64,000 nt of DNA from an uncultured bacterium (GTDB taxonomy: Bacteria; Zixibacteria; MSB-5A5; CAIYYT01). The notes below the pieces were generated by a model that saw only the letters and a program-made list of their open reading frames with translations, ran no database searches and was not told the DNA's origin. The translations under genes were made by a program, and so were the position numbers. The DNA lies in NCBI GenBank assembly GCA_963707485.1, contig CAVPQS010000077.1:646-64645 (forward strand). Reading direction: 5' to 3'. This document shows, piece by piece, positions 1 through 8,873 of this stretch; within the stretch, counting starts at the first letter, position 1; every line of letters begins with the position of its first letter.

Positions 1-631
1 CCTTTCCCGAACCCTTCCGATACAACCGGCTCTCCGGATCGGTCGTCGATTGATGCGTCTCATTGCTCCGCTTCTCGCCGTGAAAGTTTACGTTCGGATT
101 GCCTGGATCATCATCGTCATCAGACCGATCACTCTCCTTGCGCCGAAAACTCTTCAGCGAGGCCCAGGCCTCAATCAACGTCGAGTCCACCGTAAAATGA
201 TCGGCGCTCAGCAATCCCCCGTTCTGCGCTGTCTTCACCACACCATCAAAAAATAGCTTCCCGACCTCATGCTCCAGCAGTCGCTGCCGATTCTTGCTGA
301 ACACCGTCGCGTCGAAACTGTCCTCGACCTGATTCATGTCCAGAAACCAGCGAAATAACAGATTGTAATCCAACTGCTCGCACATCTGGCGCTCGCTGCG
401 CACCGAATACAGCGCCATCAGCAGGAGAGCCTTCAACACCCGCTCCGGCGGAACCGATGGTCGGCCAGTATGCGAATACATCGTGTCAAACACCGGCGAT
501 AACCGTTTCAGTTCCTGATCCGCCAACTTCTTAATCCTTCGGATCGGATGATCGGCCGGAACCCGCTGTTCCGGCGTCCACAAACTCAAAAATGTCTCCT
601 GCCGATTCGACTCTCCGCGCATGGCAAACTC
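1..631 (-). mobile_element. IS5/IS1182-family (DDE) transposase, N-terminal portion; the gene runs off the left window edge
   Basis: The reverse-strand reading frame from the ATG at 629-631 translates to MRGESNRQETFLSLWTPEQRVPADHPIRRIKKLADQELKRLSPVFDTMYSHTGRPSVPPERVLKALLLMALYSVRSERQMCEQLDYNLLFRWFLDM..., which matches the conserved N-terminal domain (DUF772-like) of IS5-family transposases. There is no stop before the window start. Confidence 0.75.
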
Positions 632-737
632 CTTCTACGAAAATCCGCCAAACGATAACCCCGCCTCTTTTACTTTTCAACTACAACAAGTAGAGTTTTT
701 CAGCAAACTGCTAGACAATTTGAAGTTTATGTCCTGG

Positions 738-1382
738 GGGTTTGGCGACCTGAATAGCGACAAGATAATGGACTACTGCCGGGTTTTCACGCAAGGGGGC
801 CGAGACGAATTCAAGACAGTTGTCGAAATATACCTGGCATCAGGACAGGGAGGGTTTTCGCAGCGTCCGTCCAAGCGAATCGTTCTGGACCAATACTGTG
901 TGGGTCTTATGGTGACCGATCTGGACGGCGACGGTTCGGCGTCGGCGGTTGTGGCGACGGTCGCGGTCAGCTCAACGAGCCTGGTGAAATCGCTTTTGGT
1001 GAAGCGCATGCAAGTAGATTTGAATGTCTTTCAAGCGGATGGCGGCATTCTTTCCGAGCAGCCGTCTTCGATAAAGAAGGTGACTTGCGCGGTTGATTTC
1101 TTTGGCGGTGATGTGCCGACGCGTTTGATCGGTTGTCTCCATGGCGATTTTGACAAAGACAAGCTGAAGGAACTGGTTACAATCAACGATGACGACGAAA
1201 TCGAGATATTCAAGGGCGCCAGGAATCCGCAGTTTTCCGACAAGCCGATGCTGATCAGGCAGACACAGCGCTGTAATTGGCTTGGCTCGACCGATTTGAA
1301 CATTGACGGCAAGGCGGATTTGATCCTGCATTTGGTCGACGAGACCGGTCGCGATGTGACTTCACTTCTCTGGTCAAAATAA
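738..1382 (+). CDS. Hypothetical protein with FG-GAP/VCBS-like D-x-D-G-D-G motifs; N-terminus uncertain and possibly truncated by the adjacent IS
   Basis: Long ORF 621..1382. Motifs DLDGDGSASAV and DLNIDGKADLIL resemble FG-GAP calcium-binding repeats. The first 100 bp or so overlap the transposase start, so the true start is probably an internal Met (738 or 768). Confidence 0.35.
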   Translation, partial: GFGDLNSDKIMDYCRVFTQGGRDEFKTVVEIYLASGQGGFSQRPSKRIVLDQYCVGLMVTDLDGDGSASAVVATVAVSSTSLVKSLLVKRMQVDLNVFQADGGILSEQPSSIKKVTCAVDFFGGDVPTRLIGCLHGDFDKDKLKELVTINDDDEIEIFKGARNPQFSDKPMLIRQTQRCNWLGSTDLNIDGKADLILHLVDETGRDVTSLLWSK

Positions 1383-1470
1383 TCAATTCAATTGACATCG
1401 ACTCGATTGGCAATTAAGTTGCGACGTGACCCTAAAAGAGTAACTGCAACCGCCAAAGGAATGTAGTATC

Positions 1471-1662
1471 ATGGATGCTCAGCTTCCAGAATGTCTCAAG
1501 TGCAAGGTCGGACATTTGCTCCCGTTATCGGATTATGGGCGCGACGGCGCTTCGATTCGGTATAAAGCGTGGGCTTGTTCGAACCCGGAGTGTGGTTTCA
1601 ACCTGCGGATAGATAACGGTGAAATCTCTTTCGGCAAGACCATCTTGCCTTCCAACAAGTAA
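1471..1662 (+). CDS. Small zinc-ribbon protein (CxxC ... CxxC)
   Basis: 63-aa ORF with CLKC...CSNPEC spacing typical of a zinc ribbon. Confidence 0.4.
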   Translation: MDAQLPECLKCKVGHLLPLSDYGRDGASIRYKAWACSNPECGFNLRIDNGEISFGKTILPSNK

Positions 1663-1687
1663 TTGCTTTCCCCGCGCGTGAGGTGAC

Positions 1688-2611
1688 ATGCGCTTTAATC
1701 CCCTCAATAACTTGACCCTGAAAATCGGGGCGGTTTTGCTTGCCCTATTGCTTTGGGTCCATGTCGCTACGAATAAGACTTACGAGCACCAGATTGATTT
1801 GCAGCTCAAGGTCGTCAACGTGCCAACTGGCTTGGCGCTTGTCAGCGACGTACCGCCAATAGTGACGGTCAGAGTCAAGACGACCGGCAAGCAATTAATT
1901 GCGCTTTCTACGAGACAGCATTCATTGGCAATTGACGCCTCGGAGTATCGGGAGGGTTCATTTGAACGCGACCTGACTGATCGCGATGCCGCCACGGCCT
2001 TTGACCAGGCGTACGAACAGGTGGGAATTGTTTTCCCGCGCAAGCTCTTCTTCCGATTCGAGCGTGAAACGGCAAAGAACCTGTTGGTTGAACCGAAGAT
2101 TCGAGCGGTCGCTGGACCGGGATTCATAATTGTGGGAGACCCTAAGGTCGAACCGGAAATGGTCACAGTTACCGGACCAAATTCGAGCGTTCGCGGGCTG
2201 AAGGCAATAGAGACGCTGCCAGTCGAGTTGAACGGTCTAACGACGTCGACTTCGCACAAAGTGGAGCTTCTCCTTCCAGATTCACTTCACCTGACATTAG
2301 GCGATTCGGCAGTTACAGTATCGTTCACTATCGAACCGATGGTAGAACGGACTTTGTCCGACATTGCGGTCAAAGCCCCGCGCGATTTCAATAATTCGCG
2401 ATATTCGTTTAGCCCGGCAACAATAGCCGTTCGCCTGGGATTTCCAGCATCATTGAGGGACTCGCTGGATTTCCGGCAAGTTCGCGCATCATTCTCGCTT
2501 GGCGACGACTATCGAGATTCCGTTCGCGCCGCGATTAGGTACACACTTCCCGCGAATGTCACCGTGATCGGCAACTCGCTCGACTCAGTGCTGATATTGC
2601 AGCGTTTATGA
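1688..2611 (+). CDS. YbbR-like domain-containing protein (CdaR-like)
   Basis: N-terminal transmembrane helix (IGAVLLALLLWVHV) followed by repeated beta-rich V-x-V-x-V segments characteristic of YbbR repeats. Overlaps the downstream tsaD by 4 bp. Confidence 0.6.
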   Translation: MRFNPLNNLTLKIGAVLLALLLWVHVATNKTYEHQIDLQLKVVNVPTGLALVSDVPPIVTVRVKTTGKQLIALSTRQHSLAIDASEYREGSFERDLTDRDAATAFDQAYEQVGIVFPRKLFFRFERETAKNLLVEPKIRAVAGPGFIIVGDPKVEPEMVTVTGPNSSVRGLKAIETLPVELNGLTTSTSHKVELLLPDSLHLTLGDSAVTVSFTIEPMVERTLSDIAVKAPRDFNNSRYSFSPATIAVRLGFPASLRDSLDFRQVRASFSLGDDYRDSVRAAIRYTLPANVTVIGNSLDSVLILQRL

Positions 2612-3609
2612 TCGTTCTCGGCATCGAAACTTCCTGCGACGAGACAGCAGTTGCGGTTGTCAAAGACGGCAAGCATGTGCTGGCCGACTTCGTCTATTCT
2701 CAAGTTGAGCATACTGAGTTTGGCGGGATCGTCCCGGAAATCGCTTCGCGGCAGCAGTTACGCAAGATTACGCCGGTATTCGAGAGCTGCAAGAAAGCCC
2801 ATCCAATATCTCCGGAGACCATTGATTGTATCGCGGTGACACGAGGACCGGGTTTGATCGGATCGCTAATGGTCGGGCTAAATTTTGCCAAGGCACTGTC
2901 TTATGGCTGGAATATTCCGCTGGTAGGAATTAACCATCTGGAGGGACACATATTCGCGAATTTACTGGCGGACAATTCGCTGAAGCCGCCGTTTATTACT
3001 CTGATTGTCTCCGGTGGGCATACGCTGCTGGTCAGGGTCGACGACTGGTGCAGCTACACGATGCTTGGCTCGACTCGCGACGATGCCGCCGGCGAAGCAT
3101 TCGACAAGGTCGCCAAACTATTAGGTCTCGGGTACCCGGGCGGTTACAAGATCGATCGACTCGCATCAGTGGGCGACCGCGAATATCATCGCTTCCCCAA
3201 GTCGCAGTTCAAAAAGGGCGAATACCAATTCTCGTTTTCGGGGCTGAAGACGTCGGTAGCGATCTATCTCAAGGGCAAGTCCGAGGAGTTCAAAATAGAG
3301 CGGCTGAATGACATCTGCGCTTCGTTCCAAGAGCGGGTTGTCGATATGCTGGTCATGCCGACGCTTAATGCGGCGCTGGATCATGGAATTGACTTAATAG
3401 CCGTTGGTGGCGGGGTTGCTGCGAATTCGCGCTTACGCGAAGCTTTTGCGGAACGGGCTGCCGCACATGGAATCCGAACTTTGTTTCCCGACATCAAGTT
3501 TTGCACCGACAACGCAGCGATGATTGCCTCGGCGGGATATTTCCGACACAGCCGCGGTGAGCGTGCGGATCTGGCTTTAACTGCAGTACCGTATTTGCCA
3601 CTTTCGTAG
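2608..3609 (+). CDS. tsaD: tRNA N6-adenosine threonylcarbamoyltransferase TsaD (Kae1/Gcp family)
   Basis: MIVLGIETSCDETAVAVV...HLEGHIFA...SGGHTLL... are canonical TsaD motifs. Length 333 aa. Confidence 0.92.
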   Translation: MIVLGIETSCDETAVAVVKDGKHVLADFVYSQVEHTEFGGIVPEIASRQQLRKITPVFESCKKAHPISPETIDCIAVTRGPGLIGSLMVGLNFAKALSYGWNIPLVGINHLEGHIFANLLADNSLKPPFITLIVSGGHTLLVRVDDWCSYTMLGSTRDDAAGEAFDKVAKLLGLGYPGGYKIDRLASVGDREYHRFPKSQFKKGEYQFSFSGLKTSVAIYLKGKSEEFKIERLNDICASFQERVVDMLVMPTLNAALDHGIDLIAVGGGVAANSRLREAFAERAAAHGIRTLFPDIKFCTDNAAMIASAGYFRHSRGERADLALTAVPYLPLS

Positions 3610-3616
3610 CTTTCTC

Positions 3617-3638
3617 GGACAGACAAGAATGTCTGTCC
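3617..3638. terminator. Hairpin between convergent tsaD and the 3654..4493 gene
   Basis: GGACAGACA-agaa-TGTCTGTCC perfect 9-bp stem immediately after the tsaD stop. Confidence 0.45.
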
Positions 3639-3653
3639 TACCCAGTTTTCCAG

Positions 3654-4493
3654 TTAGACATTATAGGGGCAATAGCGGTAGTCAGCGACGCCTTTGGTGC
3701 AATACATCAGCCGGCGCGGCTGTGAACGACCGTCGCCATTGACGGAATCGATCAACAGTCCATGCTGACAACGTAAGCACTTTGCCGGCTGACCGTCGAT
3801 CATGGTGCCAGTGAATTTTACTTGTCGAAACTGGCTTGTCGTTATTGGTGTCTCGCCCGATTCATACAACTTCTCGATAGATCCGACTCGCTCAAACACG
3901 AATCTGCCGCGATCGATCTCCAGTTGGCCCTTCAAATCGACCTCATCGCCAACAGCCAACTCCGCCCGTTCATACACATCGAATGATAGACGCGCATAAA
4001 AGGGATCCAAGAACTTGTCGTAGCCAAAAATGCCTTCGCGGAAATAGAGCAAGACGCCGCGACCGGCGATTTTGAGGTTGCCGTTCTCGCCGTGATTGAC
4101 GAGCAAGGGGTTAATCGAGTGAACAGTGCCGCGAACTTCGATCCGTTTTCCCTGCAAGCTACTGACCCACTCTTCGAATTCGTCGAATTGGCGGAGAAAC
4201 TTGTCATACTCTGCCTGTTCGATTTTCAGGTCGGGTTGGTGCGATTCCTTCAGGTCATAGAAAAAGGGGCAGGAGAAGCAGTCTTTGCCGACATGCTTCT
4301 TGTCGCGATGGCATTTCTGACCGCTCTCGAATTTCTGACAGCGCCAGCGGAACGACATGCAGCCTTGGGGGAAGCAGCCCTTGTTCTTGAGAATGTGCCA
4401 TGCGGAGGTCCCGTTTTCGCGATGTTTGTGCAGCCGGTGCGGACAAAAGAAGATGTCGGACCGTTTGTAGAGATTGCGCCATTCTGTCTGCAT
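3654..4493 (-). CDS. Cys-rich hypothetical protein (putative Zn-binding N- and C-terminal clusters around a central beta-rich domain)
   Basis: 279-aa ORF. N-terminal CPHRLHKH...CFPQGC...RWRC...CH...CFSCP and C-terminal CLRCQHG...YCTKG...YCP clusters. No family recognised by eye. Confidence 0.5.
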   Translation of the reverse strand: MQTEWRNLYKRSDIFFCPHRLHKHRENGTSAWHILKNKGCFPQGCMSFRWRCQKFESGQKCHRDKKHVGKDCFSCPFFYDLKESHQPDLKIEQAEYDKFLRQFDEFEEWVSSLQGKRIEVRGTVHSINPLLVNHGENGNLKIAGRGVLLYFREGIFGYDKFLDPFYARLSFDVYERAELAVGDEVDLKGQLEIDRGRFVFERVGSIEKLYESGETPITTSQFRQVKFTGTMIDGQPAKCLRCQHGLLIDSVNGDGRSQPRRLMYCTKGVADYRYCPYNV

Positions 4494-4694
4494 ACTGAAA
4501 TAACATACGCGATATCTGAAAGCAGCTTAAGGACTTTCTCCCTACGATATGGGAGCGCTCCCACAAATTCACGCCTGCAAAATCCCCGCGCAGCCGCTGT
4601 TTCCTTTTGAACAGGGGCTCAAGCTCAATCCCAGCAACGATATAAGCGCCTGAGAAAACTTAAGTGCATCTCGGCAAAATATCTGCACAGAGAG

Positions 4695-4964
4695 ATGCCG
4701 GAGAATATGCCCGAAGGAGGAGGCGCAATGCGAGTGAAGTTCACGCTGACGATGGATGATTTGACGGTAGATGACCAGCATTACGATTCGGTCGTGATTG
4801 ACTGGGTTACCGAGGTCGAACAGCAAGAGGTGCTTGACTTGTCGCAAAAGTGGATCACTTCGCAGAATTTCCTCACCCGGAGGATGATCGGTCTGCAGCG
4901 CGTCGGCGAGTCCTCGCTGACGATCGAGCCGATCGACGAGACAATTTCATCTGATTACGAGTAG
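4695..4964 (+). CDS. Small hypothetical protein
   Basis: 89-aa ORF divergent from 3654..4493. Alternative start at MRVKF (4728). Confidence 0.35.
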   Translation: MPENMPEGGGAMRVKFTLTMDDLTVDDQHYDSVVIDWVTEVEQQEVLDLSQKWITSQNFLTRRMIGLQRVGESSLTIEPIDETISSDYE

Positions 4965-4976
4965 GGGAACGAGAAG

Positions 4977-5300
4977 ATGTTTGCCGGGTGGAAAGCGCAA
5001 CTATCGCAACTAACCGGGGAAGCGCCGGGTCGTCTCGCGGATGCGGTCGTCGCGTTTCACGGCTACTTAAGCGCCGAGTACGGACCGCTGACCGCGTGGG
5101 CGGTGTATCTCGCGATTGCGTCGCTGTTGGCGCTGTTGCTGTGGCGCCTGGTAAAGTTCTCGTTCGATGTCGTTCGCTGTGTGGCAATACCGTCGATGGC
5201 AGTCGCCCTGATCGGGGCATGGTTATCGCCACTCAGCTTCATGCACATCCTGCCGGTGGCAGCATTGGTGTTCACCGGAGTGATGGTCTTTCGAGGATAA
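4977..5300 (+). CDS. Small membrane protein (2-3 predicted TM helices)
   Basis: Hydrophobic stretches AWAVYLAIASLLALLLW and LPVAALVFTGVMVF. Contiguous with neighbouring small genes. Confidence 0.4.
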   Translation: MFAGWKAQLSQLTGEAPGRLADAVVAFHGYLSAEYGPLTAWAVYLAIASLLALLLWRLVKFSFDVVRCVAIPSMAVALIGAWLSPLSFMHILPVAALVFTGVMVFRG

Positions 5301-5368
5301 GCACGTTCTGGCAGACAGATTGGCAACACGGACTTTGAGTCGAGCAAAGCGCTCGCTGGGGAGAGACT

Positions 5369-5545
5369 ATGAGGCCGTTCAAACGCCGTAAAAGAACGAA
5401 TTGCCCGCTATGCAGCGGCAAGCTGGTGAAGGCCCAGGGCAGTATACGTTGCCCGGCATGTCGGATCGAGGTCAACGGCGATTCCTGCCGTTTCCTGAAT
5501 CTCCCGGCTTCAGTCCAGGGCGCTGCCGATAGCGGTAAGGGATAG
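5369..5545 (+). CDS. Small zinc-ribbon protein (58 aa), absent from the supplied ORF track because it is under 60 aa
   Basis: ATG at 5369, stop TAG at 5543-5545. Translation MRPFKRRKRTNCPLCSGKLVKAQGSIRCPACRIEVNGDSCRF... has CxxC-x14-CxxC. Confidence 0.4.
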   Translation: MRPFKRRKRTNCPLCSGKLVKAQGSIRCPACRIEVNGDSCRFLNLPASVQGAADSGKG

Positions 5546-5550
5546 GCACG

Positions 5551-6027
5551 ATGGATACGAATCCGCAGCGATGCCACATCTGTGGCAAAGTCATGCACGA
5601 GTTCAAGGGCGTCTATCTATGCCTACCGTGCAACGAGAAGTACGGCGACTTCTATGGCTTCTTCAATTCGGCCTCGCGCGACTACCACGAGGAAAAGGAA
5701 TATGTCATTATCGATTGCCCGGGAGTGACGATTTATGACGAATCCAATTCCCGCGTCGTGCAGGGTGTGAAATGGCACGATGATCGCGATCACTCAAAAG
5801 GGTATGAAATTGTCGGCAAACAAATATACGCGCCAAACCACACCAAGACACGCCGAGTCCCCAAGGACAAGGCAGGCAATATCAGCCGCTGCCAGTCATG
5901 TCAGGATTTCACGGTGCGTATGCGCATCTATAATTCACAGGTGGGCAAATCAGACTATCAGCAGAGTTCACCGCTCATGCCGAAGGATGCCGACAAATTC
6001 ACGCGTCCCGATATTCACGGGAAATAA
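5551..6027 (+). CDS. Hypothetical protein with N-terminal zinc ribbon
   Basis: RCHICGKVMHEFKGVYLCLPCNEK at the N-terminus. 158 aa. Confidence 0.45.
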   Translation: MDTNPQRCHICGKVMHEFKGVYLCLPCNEKYGDFYGFFNSASRDYHEEKEYVIIDCPGVTIYDESNSRVVQGVKWHDDRDHSKGYEIVGKQIYAPNHTKTRRVPKDKAGNISRCQSCQDFTVRMRIYNSQVGKSDYQQSSPLMPKDADKFTRPDIHGK

Positions 6028-6030
6028 GCT

Positions 6031-7167
6031 CTAATCTTTACAGACCGACAAGACCTGATACGGGCAAATTTTTCGCAGGATGCATGCTTCATCCGGACGA
6101 AACGCCAGAACTCTGACACTCTCCACCGGGATCTGATTCAGGTCAATATCTCCAAGTGATCTCCATTCGGCTTCCGGCCGCCAATCCGCGACTTCGGATC
6201 CGGCGTTTTGGAAGAAAGGTCGGTCGACCTCGGGCATTTGCTTGAATTCATCGATCGTTCCATAGCGAACTTCGCGACATCCGAAAGAGCCGGCAATGAC
6301 CTTGCGGAAGGCGATTCCATATGGCTCGAAGCTGTAGTAGCCATATCGCCTCCGCCAACGCATCAACGGAAGAGCATCCGGCGGACGAAGCGCGGTGAGC
6401 GAAACGACAGGATAGGCTCCCCGGATGAACCGATTCGACGCACGGATGCGATTCTCTTCGAGTATGTGGAGCAGGGCATGAAATGCCGAGCCCGGAAATG
6501 TTGATGACTTTAGAATCGAGTCGTAATAAGAGAATCGATCCTGACCGAGGAGTGGACCCTGTGCCGAGCGGGTCCAATGCGTCAGGTAGTCCCATTCGCC
6601 ACTGAGTTCGCGGCTAAACGTCATCGATCTCCAGTCGTAGTGAACGGAGTCGACAGATTTGCAGTAGCCGGCACGAAAGGAGTCATTGACGCAGGCAGGC
6701 CGGCGTGCTACGAGCTTCGCCAGGTTGCCATCTGGTCGCAGCGAGATCGGGACAAGCACTCGGGCGTGGGCTGCAAGGAATTCATCGCGCCGGTTCGGCC
6801 AGGTTTCGGCATCGACGGAATCCAAGCGGAAGAGTTGGGCTCGATCCGGGCTCAGCCGGAAACTAGACATAAGTTCGGCTGGAGAGCTAAACCCATACTC
6901 ATCAAGCTGCTGAGGCACCACAATTATCTGCCGGTAGCCGAGTCGGTTCACGAGATGCAAGACAAGCTCCCAGGTATTCTGGCCAATCGATGTTAGGAAA
7001 AGGTAGTTTTCGTCTTTTAGCGAATGAACGGTGGTTTCGGTAGCCTGAACCCAGTTGTCGCGAGCGGACGGGCGGCGCGATTGACGCGAGTTGAGCAGAA
7101 CGCAGGTTTTGGCTGCGGACACATCCCGAAAGAACTGGTCGGGAGATATTTCGTTGATCAATTTCAT
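6031..7167 (-). CDS. Hypothetical protein, 378 aa, Trp/Arg-rich, no recognisable domain
   Basis: Long uninterrupted ORF, convergent with the 5551 gene. No motif that can be assigned from sequence alone. Confidence 0.5.
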   Translation of the reverse strand: MKLINEISPDQFFRDVSAAKTCVLLNSRQSRRPSARDNWVQATETTVHSLKDENYLFLTSIGQNTWELVLHLVNRLGYRQIIVVPQQLDEYGFSSPAELMSSFRLSPDRAQLFRLDSVDAETWPNRRDEFLAAHARVLVPISLRPDGNLAKLVARRPACVNDSFRAGYCKSVDSVHYDWRSMTFSRELSGEWDYLTHWTRSAQGPLLGQDRFSYYDSILKSSTFPGSAFHALLHILEENRIRASNRFIRGAYPVVSLTALRPPDALPLMRWRRRYGYYSFEPYGIAFRKVIAGSFGCREVRYGTIDEFKQMPEVDRPFFQNAGSEVADWRPEAEWRSLGDIDLNQIPVESVRVLAFRPDEACILRKICPYQVLSVCKD

Positions 7168-7312
7168 TTGGCTGAGCGCCCTAACCGTCAGTTTGGCTGT
7201 CTCAGTATGTTAATTGGGCGCAAAAAAATCAACCCGCGTCTTCACAGACGCGGGTTGCAAGATCACTTTACTATCAGGCGATAAAGCCTGTGCAAAGCAG
7301 AAGGGGGCAAGA

Positions 7313-7618
7313 TTACTTCTTGCCGGCTTTCTTTGTACCCTTCTTGGCAGTCGACTTCTTAGCGGTCGACTTCTTGGCCGTGCTCTTCTTAGCTGCTGCT
7401 TTTTTCTTCACGGGACCCTTCTTTAGGTTTAAGGTTGCGGCTTTAGCACGAACGGCGTCGATCGATCTGCCGAGACGCTTGGCGATCTCGCGTGCGGTTT
7501 TCGATTTGTAGTTCGCCTTAAGAAAAGCGACGTTAGCAGTCGACCACTCGTTCGCACCCTTCTTTGTTGACTTCCTATTAGTTGATTTCTTAATCGTTTT
7601 TTTCTTCGCAGTAGCCAT
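7313..7618 (-). CDS. Lys/Ala-rich histone H1-like (Hc1-like) nucleoid protein with KKSTAKK tandem repeats
   Basis: MATAKKKTIKKSTNRKSTKK...AAAKKSTAKKSTAKKSTAKKGTKKAGKK. The DNA carries 15-bp tandem repeats (gtcgacttcttagcg x3). ORF could start at 7648, but the Met at 7618 is more plausible. Confidence 0.6.
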   Translation of the reverse strand: MATAKKKTIKKSTNRKSTKKGANEWSTANVAFLKANYKSKTAREIAKRLGRSIDAVRAKAATLNLKKGPVKKKAAAKKSTAKKSTAKKSTAKKGTKKAGKK

Positions 7619-8454
7619 TTTTACCGCCACAACGAACTCCTCTCGCAATGGTTCAAAGGTTGATCATTTGGATTTATCTTAGAGGCGGGATGATCAAATG
7701 ATCTACCCATCTGTGATTGCAAGAAGTCAACATCAGCCGCGGAGCGCCGTGCTGATGCTGGAGAGACGAGTTCGCGACGATCATTGTTCTTCATCTTCGC
7801 TTGTCTTTTTGTTCTGTCGCTCATCTTTCGAACTCGTGTCTTCAGCATCTCTGCCGGTTTTAAAATCAATCGCATGTAAGAGTGAATGTCGGAGCAAACT
7901 AAATCAACAAAAACTTTTTGGTATTCCGCAAAAAAACTTCAGATCGCTCTCGACTCGTTCCTGAATAATTTCACTTTCTACATCTCTTCATCGGAATTTT
8001 CAAAATCATCTTGAACATTTCTGATGATTTTGTGCTGTAAATCTGCGGTGATCACATTAACGGCGAGATCGTAATCCATGTTCAGCCGAAGTCGGCGATC
8101 TTCTGAAGGGAGAAGACATCTCATGAGAAAGGAGTGGAAAGTTTTTTTGATTTTTTCAATTCGAGCGCTTGACAACAATTCGATTCCGTTGAAAAATCGC
8201 GAAGAGAGTCGGCTGAATTTTCGCAAAGGCATGATCGGGCAGAACGTCACGCGCCGATTTTAGCAGCGAATTCCGACTCGAAGCAAAACTGTTCCGATCG
8301 AGGCGACACAGACGAGGCGAATCCGCGCTACCATTCGATTTCGATTCCCGTCGGGTGTCGACAGGCTCCAGAGAGCATGAATATTGGCTACAATGAGGCT
8401 CCAAGAATTTGCTTGACAATTCCGCGCCGGAGGAATTTCTTGCTGTTCGCTAAT

Positions 8455-8528
<74 letters not shown>

Positions 8529-8873
8529 TTTTTCTTTGCCTGCTGGACTTTCTTCCCGGCCTCGCTGCACAGATTTAGGTCAATGCGCGGAGATTCAGAG
8601 TCTTGCCCACTCCGGGAGGTATCTCCTGTTTCTGCTGCGAATTCGAATCCACGAGCAGTGGGTCATCGATAAAGTAAAGAGTCATGTTGCCTGGTGAAGG
8701 CTGCCCGACTGTCGGAAATGTCTAAAGTCGCGGCCAACCGTGTAGATTCGGGTTCCGTTGCCAATTGACGAGCCCGTGAACCGGACGCGGCTGGTTGAGA
8801 CGATTTCCTGCGACAGGATCGGCGACAGCGCGATGGTTGGACTGCGATAGCAAGCGGGACGCTGGCAATCGAA

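Noticed and set aside
773-1331. Minus-strand ORFs (78, 119 and 93 aa) overlapping the 621..1382 gene
   Set aside because: They lie antisense to a longer ORF. Their composition is low-complexity and Ser/Arg-rich, typical of shadow ORFs.
1780-2259. 159-aa minus-strand ORF inside the YbbR-like gene
   Set aside because: Fully embedded antisense to a gene with clear domain features. It has no start context.
3932-4610. ORFs 3932..4207(-), 4092..4610(+), 4250..4572(-) overlapping the Cys-rich gene
   Set aside because: These are alternative frames of the same locus. The 279-aa frame is the only one with a coherent Cys/His pattern.
8530-8873. Possible integrated element or att site downstream of tRNA-Arg
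   Set aside because: There is no direct repeat of the tRNA 3' end, no integrase and no compositional shift. The ORF 8663..8983(-) overlaps the SDR gene end and is low-complexity.
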